Shown piece after piece: positions 1-8,425 of a DNA stretch of 64,000 nucleotides (positions are counted from its first letter, which is position 1; every line of letters starts with the position of its first letter). Source of the stretch: an uncultured virus (IMG/VR IMGVR_UViG_3300035183_000083). Taxonomy: Duplodnaviria; Heunggongvirae; Uroviricota; Caudoviricetes. A model generated the notes under the pieces. The model made no database searches, had not been told where the DNA came from, and saw nothing but the letters and a program-made list of their open reading frames with translations. Position numbers and translations under genes: made by a program. Location: IMG/VR virus record IMGVR_UViG_3300035183_000083; one strand, 5' to 3'.

Positions 1-1092
1 GTCATCCTCTTCCTCGAAGGCCTCTTCCTCGTCGTCCTCGTCATCGGAGTCGGAGTCCTCGTCGTCCTCGTCATCGGAGTCGGAGTCCTCGTCGTCCTCT
101 TCCTCGTCGTCCTCGTCGTCCTCTTCCTCGTCGTCCTCGTCATCGGAGTCGGAGTCCTCGTCGTCCTCTTCCTCGTCATCCTCTTCCTCGATGACCTCTT
201 CCTCGTCGTCCTCTTCCTCGTCATCCTCTTCCTCGAAGACCTCTTCCTCGTCGTCCTCGTCATCGGAGTCGGAGTCCTCGTCGTCCTCTTCCTGAGTATC
301 GTCCTCGTCCTCGTCATCCTCAACGGACTCAGGTCCATCCTCGGCCAGGCCACGGCCACCGGCGTCACTGCCAATCGGGTCGACGGAGAAGTTCTCGAAG
401 CCACGGTTGAACGTCACGGTGGTGCCGTCTTCCAGGGTCAGTTCGAGGCGATCATTATCCAGGTCCTTGATCGAAGTGCCGACGAAGGTCGCCGTTTCGG
501 GCAGATAGGCGCGAACTTCGCACAGCTCGTTTTCTTCACCCTTGAAGGACAGGACGTCACGATTCAGGATGCGGACCTCACGCCAGTGCTTGGGATCCTT
601 ATCGGTTTCGGCGACGTGCTTCTTGGTGCGCTCGCCGTTGGCCGGCCCGACGTACATGTTGAAGATCGTGGAGGTATCATTCCAGTCCAGGAATGTACCG
701 GAGAAGGATTGCAAAGACCGGCCCACTACGCGGACCACGTACTTCTTAGTGTCCTTCTTGGTACCGCGCTTGCCCCGGCCTTTCTTCTCAGCCTTCTCCA
801 CCTTAGCCTTACCGCGACCACGCTTACCCTTGGTTTCGGTTTCCTCAGCTTTGCCCTCACCGCGACCACGCTTGCCCTTAGTGGTTTCCTTTTCCTCGAC
901 CTTGTTCTTGCCGCGGCCGCGCTTGCCCTTAGTGGTTTCCTTTTCCTCGACCTTGTTCTTGCCGCGGCCGCGCTTGCCCTTAGTGGTTTCCTTTTCCTCG
1001 ACCTTGTTCTTGCCGCGGCCGCGCTTGCCTTTGGTTTCGAGTTCTTCGGCCGGACGACGGGACTTACGGGTGCTTTCGGTTTTCTTTGCCAT
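1..1092 (-). CDS. Partial ORF running off the left edge: Lys/Arg-rich repeated N-terminus, central globular domain and long Asp/Glu tract; candidate nucleoid/DNA-binding protein
   Basis: Not in the ORF track. ATG at 1092 with upstream TAAGGAGA; reads MAKKTESTRKSRRPAEELETKGKRGRGKNKVEEKETTK... and stays open to position 1, ending in D/E/S repeats. Confidence 0.85.
   Translation of the reverse strand, partial: MAKKTESTRKSRRPAEELETKGKRGRGKNKVEEKETTKGKRGRGKNKVEEKETTKGKRGRGKNKVEEKETTKGKRGRGEGKAEETETKGKRGRGKAKVEKAEKKGRGKRGTKKDTKKYVVRVVGRSLQSFSGTFLDWNDTSTIFNMYVGPANGERTKKHVAETDKDPKHWREVRILNRDVLSFKGEENELCEVRAYLPETATFVGTSIKDLDNDRLELTLEDGTTVTFNRGFENFSVDPIGSDAGGRGLAEDGPESVEDDEDEDDTQEEDDEDSDSDDEDDEEEVFEEEDDEEEDDEEEVIEEEDDEEEDDEDSDSDDEDDEEEDDEDDEEEDDEDSDSDDEDDEDSDSDDEDDEEEAFEEEDD
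871..1030. repeat. 51-bp coding tandem repeat (about 3 copies plus degenerate copies), 17-aa unit VEEKETTKGKRGRGKNK
   Basis: Unit cttgttcttgccgcggccgcgcttgcccttagtggtttccttttcctcgac is repeated directly. Confidence 0.9.
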
Positions 1093-1262
1093 GGTAGGCT
1101 TCTCCTTACGTTGTGATATGAGCGATGTAATTACGATTCTACTTTTCAGCCGTAGTAGGCTATTTGGTTTGATGAAATGCAGTAGTCTACTGTTACATAA
1201 ACACTCCTTCTTGCTCTTGTACGTCTGTTTACAGTTTACCTGGTCTAGTGACCGCTAGTTCA

Positions 1263-2285
1263 TCACTTGGTCTTGACAGCTTTCTCCACTGATTTATACA
1301 AGATAAAGTCACCGCCCATGTTAAACATGGATTCGTTGACAGCGGCCTTGCTAGGCGGGAACCAGGCTTGGCTCTCATTCGCACCGTTAAGCAAGCTATT
1401 ACGGCTCACGAAGAAGAAACCATTATCGTCCAACAGAACGCTAATCATGTTGCGAACCGCAACGTCAATCAACATGTCCGACGATATAGCTACTGCTAGG
1501 ACCATGAACACGCTGGAGTTTTTCGCAGCTAAGGCTGAGGCCAGCATATTGTAGGTCTGTTGAACATAAGACAGTTTTTCGTCCGAATCATAAAGCTGAC
1601 CGGATTGTACCGCCAGGTGCAACATACCCAGGTGACGCCTGACGATAAAGTCACCACGATTAGGGTTGCTGCCGTAATCGAAGTTCAGCCAGGACGAAAC
1701 CTTCACGAAATGATTGAACAGCATGGCTTCTTGGTCTTCATCGGCGCCGATGATCTGCTGCTGAGACCGGATGGGGATAGAGCGGTCTACCATCAGGCGC
1801 ATGTCTTCTATCAGCTTGCGGAACGAGCTTTGCGCCTGACTCGGCTTGCCGAGGAAAGAAATGTCTCTCGCCGAGAGCTGATTGGCCACACCGATGAGTT
1901 CGGAAATAGCGGCGCGGCACACGCCAACACTTTGGCTTGCAGGCTGCCCGTCCTTCGGCTTCTTCTTGAAAGGAGAGTAGACGTTATAAGTCTCGCTACC
2001 TTCGGGGTAGGCCGACAGAGCCGCTTTCGGCAGTTCCGTCATGCTGAGGTTAGTCATAGCCAGGGTTACCATGACGCCTAAGTGCAGTTGATGAATCTTG
2101 TCATCGTCCGGGTTTTCACTTTTAGCCGGTTTAGCAGCCGATGCTTGCGGTGCATTGGTCGCGTGTTGTGCCATTACTTCGGCCACTTGCTCAGGGATAG
2201 GGCGATCCTGGTTAATAGCCTCATTGGCCAGCTGGTTCAGCATGTCAAAGTTGACGTTGCCAGTGGATTGTTGGTCGTTGCTCAT
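1263..2285 (-). CDS. Hypothetical protein (340 aa)
   Basis: Long ORF with GGAG SD, co-oriented with neighbours. Confidence 0.8.
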   Translation of the reverse strand: MSNDQQSTGNVNFDMLNQLANEAINQDRPIPEQVAEVMAQHATNAPQASAAKPAKSENPDDDKIHQLHLGVMVTLAMTNLSMTELPKAALSAYPEGSETYNVYSPFKKKPKDGQPASQSVGVCRAAISELIGVANQLSARDISFLGKPSQAQSSFRKLIEDMRLMVDRSIPIRSQQQIIGADEDQEAMLFNHFVKVSSWLNFDYGSNPNRGDFIVRRHLGMLHLAVQSGQLYDSDEKLSYVQQTYNMLASALAAKNSSVFMVLAVAISSDMLIDVAVRNMISVLLDDNGFFFVSRNSLLNGANESQAWFPPSKAAVNESMFNMGGDFILYKSVEKAVKTK

Positions 2286-2318
2286 GTATATGCTCCAAAC
2301 TTCTGATTGATAGGATGA

Positions 2319-4111
2319 TTAAGAACGGGTCTTTCTCTTAGGAGAACGCTTTATTTTTACAGTTTCGGCTTTAGCTGATTTAGCTTTGGGTGAAACCTCG
2401 TTTGATCTGGGATCCGTTGATACAACCTTTTGCTTGTCATCGGTGCTTTTATTGACCGTGTTGCGGCTCTTGCTGTTTCTCCGGTTAGCACTAGCTGAGG
2501 CATGCCTACCTGCAACTCCAGTTATAAGTTCAACAAACTCAAAGTTAAACATGCGACGCCAAGCTCGGCGAGTTTTTAATTCGGTTAAAACAAATGCTTC
2601 ATTGTGTGCACCATTGTTTATATGTGATACTTCGTGCCAGGCTACATCCATCAGTTCGATCATTTTACAGTTCAAGTCCGCGTTCCCAAAGGACGCCGGG
2701 TCAAAGAATCGAGGATTGACCAAGATGGTTATTTCGTTACTAGAGTTTACGCACAAACCTTCTAGGTCTTCTGATATTACAAATCCAATAACAACAAGCT
2801 TTTCGTTATAGAACCATTGAACTTTGTCTACCAAGTCCTTTACACTACTAAAATCAATTTCCGACTCCTCGATGTGAGGATTCACGGGAGCCCAAGTAAG
2901 GTTTATCAAACTTGATCCGGCGCTAGAGCGCAGAACCGAATATACAGCCAGTTTCCAAGCCCAAGACAAGTCTTTCATCCATTTGGTCTTGACTAGCTTA
3001 ACAATTTCGCTGGTTGAAAACTCAGCTTTCGTTTGAATCCGAAGGTCAAAATTAGATGGGTAGTAGTCATTGACTACATCAGGCAGTTCAAGTTCCAACT
3101 TATCAATACCAGTTAAGTTACTGCTGTCCAACGACCTGGTTGGTCCTGCACCGACTGATAGTCCAGACTGTTCAACAGCTACCAATTGCTGGGCCAGCCT
3201 ATTCATGCGAAGCTTTACAATTTTACCTTGTTTAAGGGCAGACCGGTTATCAGCCATTTGCTGCAAGACTCTGTCCAACTCTGACCAATACTGGGACCTC
3301 AGACCATCGCGGTTCGCAGTCAGCATAGACAGGCTGTCACCTGCTAGTTCCAGAACGCCTTGGTAAGCTACGCCATTACCAGCGTAAGACCTATGAACGT
3401 ACATAGGCAGGCCACGCATGGACACAATTAAGGTATGATTGCTTGATTCAACCTCATTGAACAACACGCTACCTAAGGTAGTTTTGTTCAGGAATTTAAA
3501 GTCGGTGAATTGGCTATTGAGCTTTCGATTATTCAAAAATACCGAAAATGATCGACTAACCGTTATGTACGACGCATAATCGGTAACTACCTGGCTAAGG
3601 CGGTCTGCGTTCCAAGAACCTTCGCGATACAGCCAGACTCGAATGTGTGTGCCCTTAACCGGTGATTCGGATTCCCTAATTGAATAGTCACCACCACTAC
3701 CAATTACCAATAGCGAACCCGTGCGAATCTCATACTTCAGGTGAGCGAATAGGATTATGGTCTTTGCATAACCAAAGCCGCCAACAGAAGATCCTTCTTT
3801 GTGCGAACCGCCCAAAGACAAAAGCTTGTTCTCCAGAACATCCCGAGACATGCCGGACCCGTTGTCGTTTGCCGATACGGCTACTGAGTCACCGTCAGGT
3901 GAATCCTGAATGGCAAAGTTGATCCAAGAGGCGCTAGCATCGAAGCTGTTCTGGATCAACTCACGAAAAATGCCCAGCGCCAATCGCTGTACTCAAGCTT
4001 AGACTTGGCAAAGAATTCGCGGGGTAGCTTTACATGACCTGTGGTAACAGGTCCCGTGGATGCCGAATCATTAAGGGCATCACCTAATTTATGGCTAGTA
4101 GTGGTTTGCAT
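2319..4111 (-). CDS. GHKL (HSP90/MORC-like) ATPase with C-terminal HExxH zincin motif; frameshifted at about 3966-3970
   Basis: RELIQNSFDA, DNGSGM, GGFGYAK motifs; C-terminal WHEVSH..HNEAF. The N-terminus (ATG 4111, ...EYSDWRWAFF) joins the 3983 frame if the T5 run is T6. Confidence 0.8.
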
Positions 4112-4241
4112 AATGTTCGTCCTATACCGTTTGAGAGGGTGGCGGCAGCGCGGGCTTATTATACTGCGGCGATTTCGTGCGTGATTATGTGAGACTAGGG
4201 GCTTGCAAACCTGTAGTCTACAGGGCACAAGCCCTTACGCT

Positions 4242-4270
4242 ATTATATCACAAACTCAGTGCTATGTCAA
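4242..4270 (-). promoter_or_regulatory. Sigma70 consensus promoter with extended -10
   Basis: Minus strand TTGACA-N17-TATAAT, with TG one base upstream of the -10 box. Confidence 0.9.
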
Positions 4271-4274
4271 CCAG

Positions 4275-4760
4275 TCAATCCTCGATTGGTATGAGGTTTA
4301 TAAGCTCGGATAGAGCTATCTTGTATGCCAGCTTGGCTTCACCTTTCATGTCAGCAATGTGCCCTAACAACGCCTTTAGGCTAGCATTTGCTCCTCTATG
4401 AGCCTTAGAGTTTCCCAAGTCGTCCATACGGACTAAAGCTCCTTCCAAGTCCACTCTTTTAGGAGCCCGATTGGTTAACAAGTAATCTGCTAATTGACTG
4501 TACCCACCGTCTTTAGGTTTACCAGACACCTTAGGCTTCTTAGGTTCTTTAGGAGCCTCAGGTATGGTTTTGAATTTTTCGACCTCTTCGTTAGACAGAG
4601 GTCGTCTTGTCTTTTTCAGGGATGGAACCACAACCACATCGTTCACATCCTCTAAAAGAAAATCGGCATCCGACCCGTCATCAAGGTCCGCGTAAGCTTT
4701 TGACCTGCCTACTTTAGTCACGGTACCGGCGTACCACTCATTTTCGTCAGCTTTAAGCAA
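4275..4760 (-). CDS. Hypothetical protein, possible SH3/Tudor-like N-terminus; true start probably about 4791 (disrupted)
   Basis: ORF with ENEWYAGTVTKV beta-barrel-like pattern; upstream ATG 4791 is separated by an extra A and an in-frame TAA. Confidence 0.6.
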   Translation of the reverse strand: MLKADENEWYAGTVTKVGRSKAYADLDDGSDADFLLEDVNDVVVVPSLKKTRRPLSNEEVEKFKTIPEAPKEPKKPKVSGKPKDGGYSQLADYLLTNRAPKRVDLEGALVRMDDLGNSKAHRGANASLKALLGHIADMKGEAKLAYKIALSELINLIPIED

Positions 4761-4800
4761 AACTCGTTAACCTACGGTCACTAATTTTCATTTTAAGTCC

Positions 4801-5298
4801 TCACGATTTATAGATCAAACCTGCTTTAGTCAGGACTGCGAAAGCACCTAAGATATGCTTGCAAGCACCTGGCACATGATACGGGTTCCTTTCCGGGTAC
4901 GTAGACGTTTGCCGCTTGTACGCTGGAAAATCTTTTCCAGTGTGAGCTCCAGATTTCTTGTTATAGTAAAACCAAGTAAAGCGATAGTCCGTACACGGAC
5001 ATCTTACCATAACAGGTGACGTTTTTTCATTAAACGGCTTTACCCACACATCCTTATCGTTGAAGCTGACCTTTTTGTAGCCCTTAACCCGCTGTTTAGC
5101 GGTTACTGCTTGGGCAAACACCACTTCAACCAAGTAAGAATTATCCGATTCTTCCGACTCAACGTTGAACTTGAAATGGACCTCTTTGGCTTTAGCTGCG
5201 TGTTTGAAAAAGTAAAGGTCCACATACGCATCTTTGACCCTACGGATAACGCCCCGGAGTTTCTTAACTCCGCGACGTAATTGGCTTACTGTTACCAT
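4801..5298 (-). CDS. SWIM-type zinc-finger protein
   Basis: VRCPCTDY...PGACKH (CxC...CxH). Confidence 0.75.
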   Translation of the reverse strand: MVTVSQLRRGVKKLRGVIRRVKDAYVDLYFFKHAAKAKEVHFKFNVESEESDNSYLVEVVFAQAVTAKQRVKGYKKVSFNDKDVWVKPFNEKTSPVMVRCPCTDYRFTWFYYNKKSGAHTGKDFPAYKRQTSTYPERNPYHVPGACKHILGAFAVLTKAGLIYKS

Positions 5299-5307
5299 AA
5301 AACCACC

Positions 5308-5814
5308 TTAACTAACGGTTGCTTTCTTCACCCTACCTGCTTTCTTTCCAGAAGGACGAGACGCGGATTTTTCTCGCCGGCGCTCGACCACAAAAGACCA
5401 GGCTGAGAGAAATTCTGATTTTGAGATAACTTCAACCTCACCAACTTCCACAGAAGTCTCAACATCGTCCTCATCGTCGTACATTTCATAGACGACATAA
5501 GCATCGACGTACTCGGTCGGACTACACCACATGTCGTCGTGAAGCGACCTAATTTTCTTAGCGAATTGCTTATTTGGAGGTAAATCGGTCATCCGTAATG
5601 CGGTTAGTACATCGTTATGGTAAACGATGAACCTAGGCTTGGCCTCAGACTTCAACCGAATATCCCATAAACGTTTTAAGGTCAGGACCAACAAGTCCGC
5701 ATATTGCTGGGGGTTACGTCGCCACAAGTAATCTTGAAAGTAGAAAAGCTTGAATTTAGGTGTTAGTTTAGACATCGTTTTGTACCTATGTGCAATTGAC
5801 TTAGTACAATTCAC
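5308..5814 (-). CDS. Hypothetical protein
   Basis: ORF with AGGAG SD before a GTG start. Confidence 0.7.
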   Translation of the reverse strand: MNCTKSIAHRYKTMSKLTPKFKLFYFQDYLWRRNPQQYADLLVLTLKRLWDIRLKSEAKPRFIVYHNDVLTALRMTDLPPNKQFAKKIRSLHDDMWCSPTEYVDAYVVYEMYDDEDDVETSVEVGEVEVISKSEFLSAWSFVVERRREKSASRPSGKKAGRVKKATVS

Positions 5815-5837
5815 AGTACTCCTGTGAAATTATTAGG

Positions 5838-6089
5838 TCAGGCTGAGGGTTCGATTAACACCATCTCAAAGTCGTCCGCGTCAATGACTTCTCGGGAACC
5901 GTCAACCAATGTTACTTGGTATTGTAGGCGTGTACCTACAATTTCCAACTTTGATGCTTCAATTACCCTTGTATGACCTCCATACAACCTAAACGGCACT
6001 AAAGTGACTTTCAATTTTGATCCAGCAGATGGATTGTCGTCCATTATTAGATACCTCATGTAGGAGATGGGGGTGTGTGGTCTAACCAC
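5838..6089 (-). CDS. Small hypothetical protein (start uncertain)
   Basis: ORF fills the gap in a co-oriented gene run. Confidence 0.55.
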   Translation of the reverse strand: MVRPHTPISYMRYLIMDDNPSAGSKLKVTLVPFRLYGGHTRVIEASKLEIVGTRLQYQVTLVDGSREVIDADDFEMVLIEPSA

Positions 6090-6121
6090 ACACCCATGGT
6101 TGCTGTCAAAAACCTGATAGC

Positions 6122-6664
6122 TTAGGTCGGCTGCCCATCCTTGATGTGCTTAACGAGCAGCCGTACAATATCCATCACTGTCTCAGACTTGGCGTAGTTG
6201 GCTTTGATAAAGTATCGCGGCGAGTCTTTGCCGTACAAGGATGCGATGTATTCGCACACCCGGAGGACTTCTTCTTGCTCACTATCATCAGGATCAAGGT
6301 CTGGCTTATAAGCAAGGTCTTTCAGCTTTTCGTTAGAACCAAGACCCTTGCTTATGCGAGCTTTGGATTCAAGGTTGATTTCCAATTTATCAACCAAGAG
6401 GTCCAAGATAGAGTCTTCCGTAACTACCTCAGGAGGCATCATGACCGAGAGAATATCATCCACCAAAGCCGCAATGGTGTAGTCACCGTTCTCCTTAGGA
6501 TTAAAGGAGACCATAAAATCTCCGGGAGTAACGAAACCTGCCCTAGCTGCCGCATTAGCGGCATCGCAGGAAGGAGGCGGGGCAATGGCCCGGGCGAAAG
6601 CGCCAATCCAATTGGCGGCGACCATTGCCGCGTGGATGGACTGAGTGGTAGTTTTGTCGAACAT
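6122..6664 (-). CDS. Hypothetical early protein (start revised to ATG 6664)
   Basis: GAGG SD before MFDKTT; lies downstream of the sigma70 promoter at 6749-6777. Confidence 0.7.
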   Translation of the reverse strand: MFDKTTTQSIHAAMVAANWIGAFARAIAPPPSCDAANAAARAGFVTPGDFMVSFNPKENGDYTIAALVDDILSVMMPPEVVTEDSILDLLVDKLEINLESKARISKGLGSNEKLKDLAYKPDLDPDDSEQEEVLRVCEYIASLYGKDSPRYFIKANYAKSETVMDIVRLLVKHIKDGQPT

Positions 6665-6748
6665 AAGTCCAACCTCGCAGTTTTTGCGTGTTGTGTTGTG
6701 AAAGCTTGTGAAAAGCTGAGAATGACAGAGACAAAGCTCCGCGCGTCT

Positions 6749-6777
6749 ATTATAACATAAGCGAGAACGCTTGTCAA
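6749..6777 (-). promoter_or_regulatory. Sigma70 consensus promoter with extended -10
   Basis: TTGACA agcgttctcgcttatgt TATAAT (17-bp spacer). Confidence 0.9.
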
Positions 6778-6983
6778 CCACTTTTTCAAGGTGTATCGTA
6801 GCTCCTAATGGGTCTAAGAATTGTCAGGTTTGACAGCCAGGTTTCAGCTATTTAGGTGTTTTGCGTTATTCTGTGATAGTCTGCTGCTGAGCCAGTTGAG
6901 GTCTAACGGTGTGGTGACTGAGGGGCAGTTAGGGCAAATGGGTGAACAGAGGCAGGTGGATCGGTCTCAGCGGAAGCCAGAGG

Positions 6984-7009
6984 TAAAAAAGGCGCTCAAT
7001 TGAGCGCCT
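6984..7009 (-). terminator. Intrinsic terminator
   Basis: Palindrome aggcgctcaattgagcgcct followed by a T-run on the minus strand, downstream of the 7070 gene. Confidence 0.75.
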
Positions 7010-7069
7010 ATAAGTTTTTCCTACGCGCCTTACTTCGTAGAAAATCCAACAGTCTGTGAGACTGGAGTA

Positions 7070-7525
7070 TTAAATTATCATTTTATAATGATTACCCCTT
7101 TTGATAGGTTGCCTTTTGGTCTTAATGCTTGTAGGGCTCCTAGTCTCGACTTTGCGTCTCTTTGACTTCGACGTTATCGGGTTACCATTGCTATCCCGCA
7201 AGCCAAAGACAAAGTTGTGGTGGAGAACACCTGCGCCCGGCTCCAAGATAGATTTAATGGAAATCACGAGAGATACGTCACCGTCTGATTTAGTGGCCTT
7301 AAGCTGTTTCAGCACTTTCTTAACCATTTCGTCAAATGGCTTTGCGGCTGCATTAAGGCTATCATCTGCCAGTGCTATATTGATGGTCTGTAAGAACGAG
7401 TCTAAAGCCTCCAACCCTTGGTCTTTAACGGTGGTGACAGTGCCCTTACCATCTTTACCCGTAAAGATACACTCACCAGTCAAACGTATGATAACTGACT
7501 CAGGTGTGGCATCTTTTGTTTTCAT
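7070..7525 (-). CDS. Hypothetical protein
   Basis: ORF with AGGTG SD. Confidence 0.7.
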   Translation of the reverse strand: MKTKDATPESVIIRLTGECIFTGKDGKGTVTTVKDQGLEALDSFLQTINIALADDSLNAAAKPFDEMVKKVLKQLKATKSDGDVSLVISIKSILEPGAGVLHHNFVFGLRDSNGNPITSKSKRRKVETRSPTSIKTKRQPIKRGNHYKMII

Positions 7526-7535
7526 ACGAAATCAC

Positions 7536-8411
7536 CTATAAGGTGGATAATGGTGTGTTTTTAATTGCGGTAGACAATTCATCAACTACCGATAAAATGT
7601 ACTTTATCTCGTACTCGGTAACTTTGAATCGTTTCACCAAGTCTTTCGGTGCAAGAGGCTTGTTATTCTTTTTAGCCTCTTTATAAGCCTTGAACGCCTT
7701 TAGGTATTCTTTACCGACATCCGAAGCTAGGACATCTAGCAAAGAGTTTTTCATGGTACTCGTAAGGCCTGTTGAACCACTGATGGTATTAAGGACTTGT
7801 TTCAGCTTATCCAGGCTATGCTTCCCAAACAAGTAGGCCATTACAGCCTCTTTGACTTGGGATTGAGTAGTCGAAGGGATGGTGTAAATAAGAGTCATTA
7901 TAGGGTTGAGTAAGCTACCGCGCCGTACCATATCGGTAAGGTGAAATAAATACTGATTGTCTCGCCTAACAACCTTAGGAAAGCTTTTCTTACCGGCTGC
8001 TGCCGAATCGGTAGCCGTTGAACCAAGCTTGGCTTTAGATTCAAGCCTAGCCAAGTATTTCTTGTGCTTAGACCAATCAATTGATCTCAGATTGAATTTT
8101 ATGACAGAATCTTCGGGACTCTGCTCAAAGTCTAGACCTTCGCAATTGTCAAGCTCGGCTAATCTTAGCGGAGAGGAGAACAGAAAAACTTGCACCTGGC
8201 TATATTTTGGCCCATTCAATATAGACAGGTTTCGGTTAAAGTCTGCTAGATTTAGAGCCAGCAAGACTTTCCGTTTTGGCTTTTTGTCCTTATCCAGAGT
8301 AGCACCAGGTGTTAAGATTGCCACATCCGATTCACTCTTAATGAGCTTTCGCTTGACCAGTGCACTCAAAACTGTATCAGGCGAATGATTCGCTATTCCA
8401 AAGCAGTACAT
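7536..8411 (-). CDS. Hypothetical protein in the replication operon
   Basis: 291-aa ORF with GAGG SD, directly downstream of the SbcC-like gene. Confidence 0.75.
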   Translation of the reverse strand: MYCFGIANHSPDTVLSALVKRKLIKSESDVAILTPGATLDKDKKPKRKVLLALNLADFNRNLSILNGPKYSQVQVFLFSSPLRLAELDNCEGLDFEQSPEDSVIKFNLRSIDWSKHKKYLARLESKAKLGSTATDSAAAGKKSFPKVVRRDNQYLFHLTDMVRRGSLLNPIMTLIYTIPSTTQSQVKEAVMAYLFGKHSLDKLKQVLNTISGSTGLTSTMKNSLLDVLASDVGKEYLKAFKAYKEAKKNNKPLAPKDLVKRFKVTEYEIKYILSVVDELSTAIKNTPLSTL

Positions 8412-8425
8412 AATATAAGCCTCGT

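Noticed and set aside
542..1258. Plus-strand ORFs 542-1258 and 586-1116
   Set aside because: Antisense shadows of the repetitive minus-strand gene 1-1092, which has the SD.
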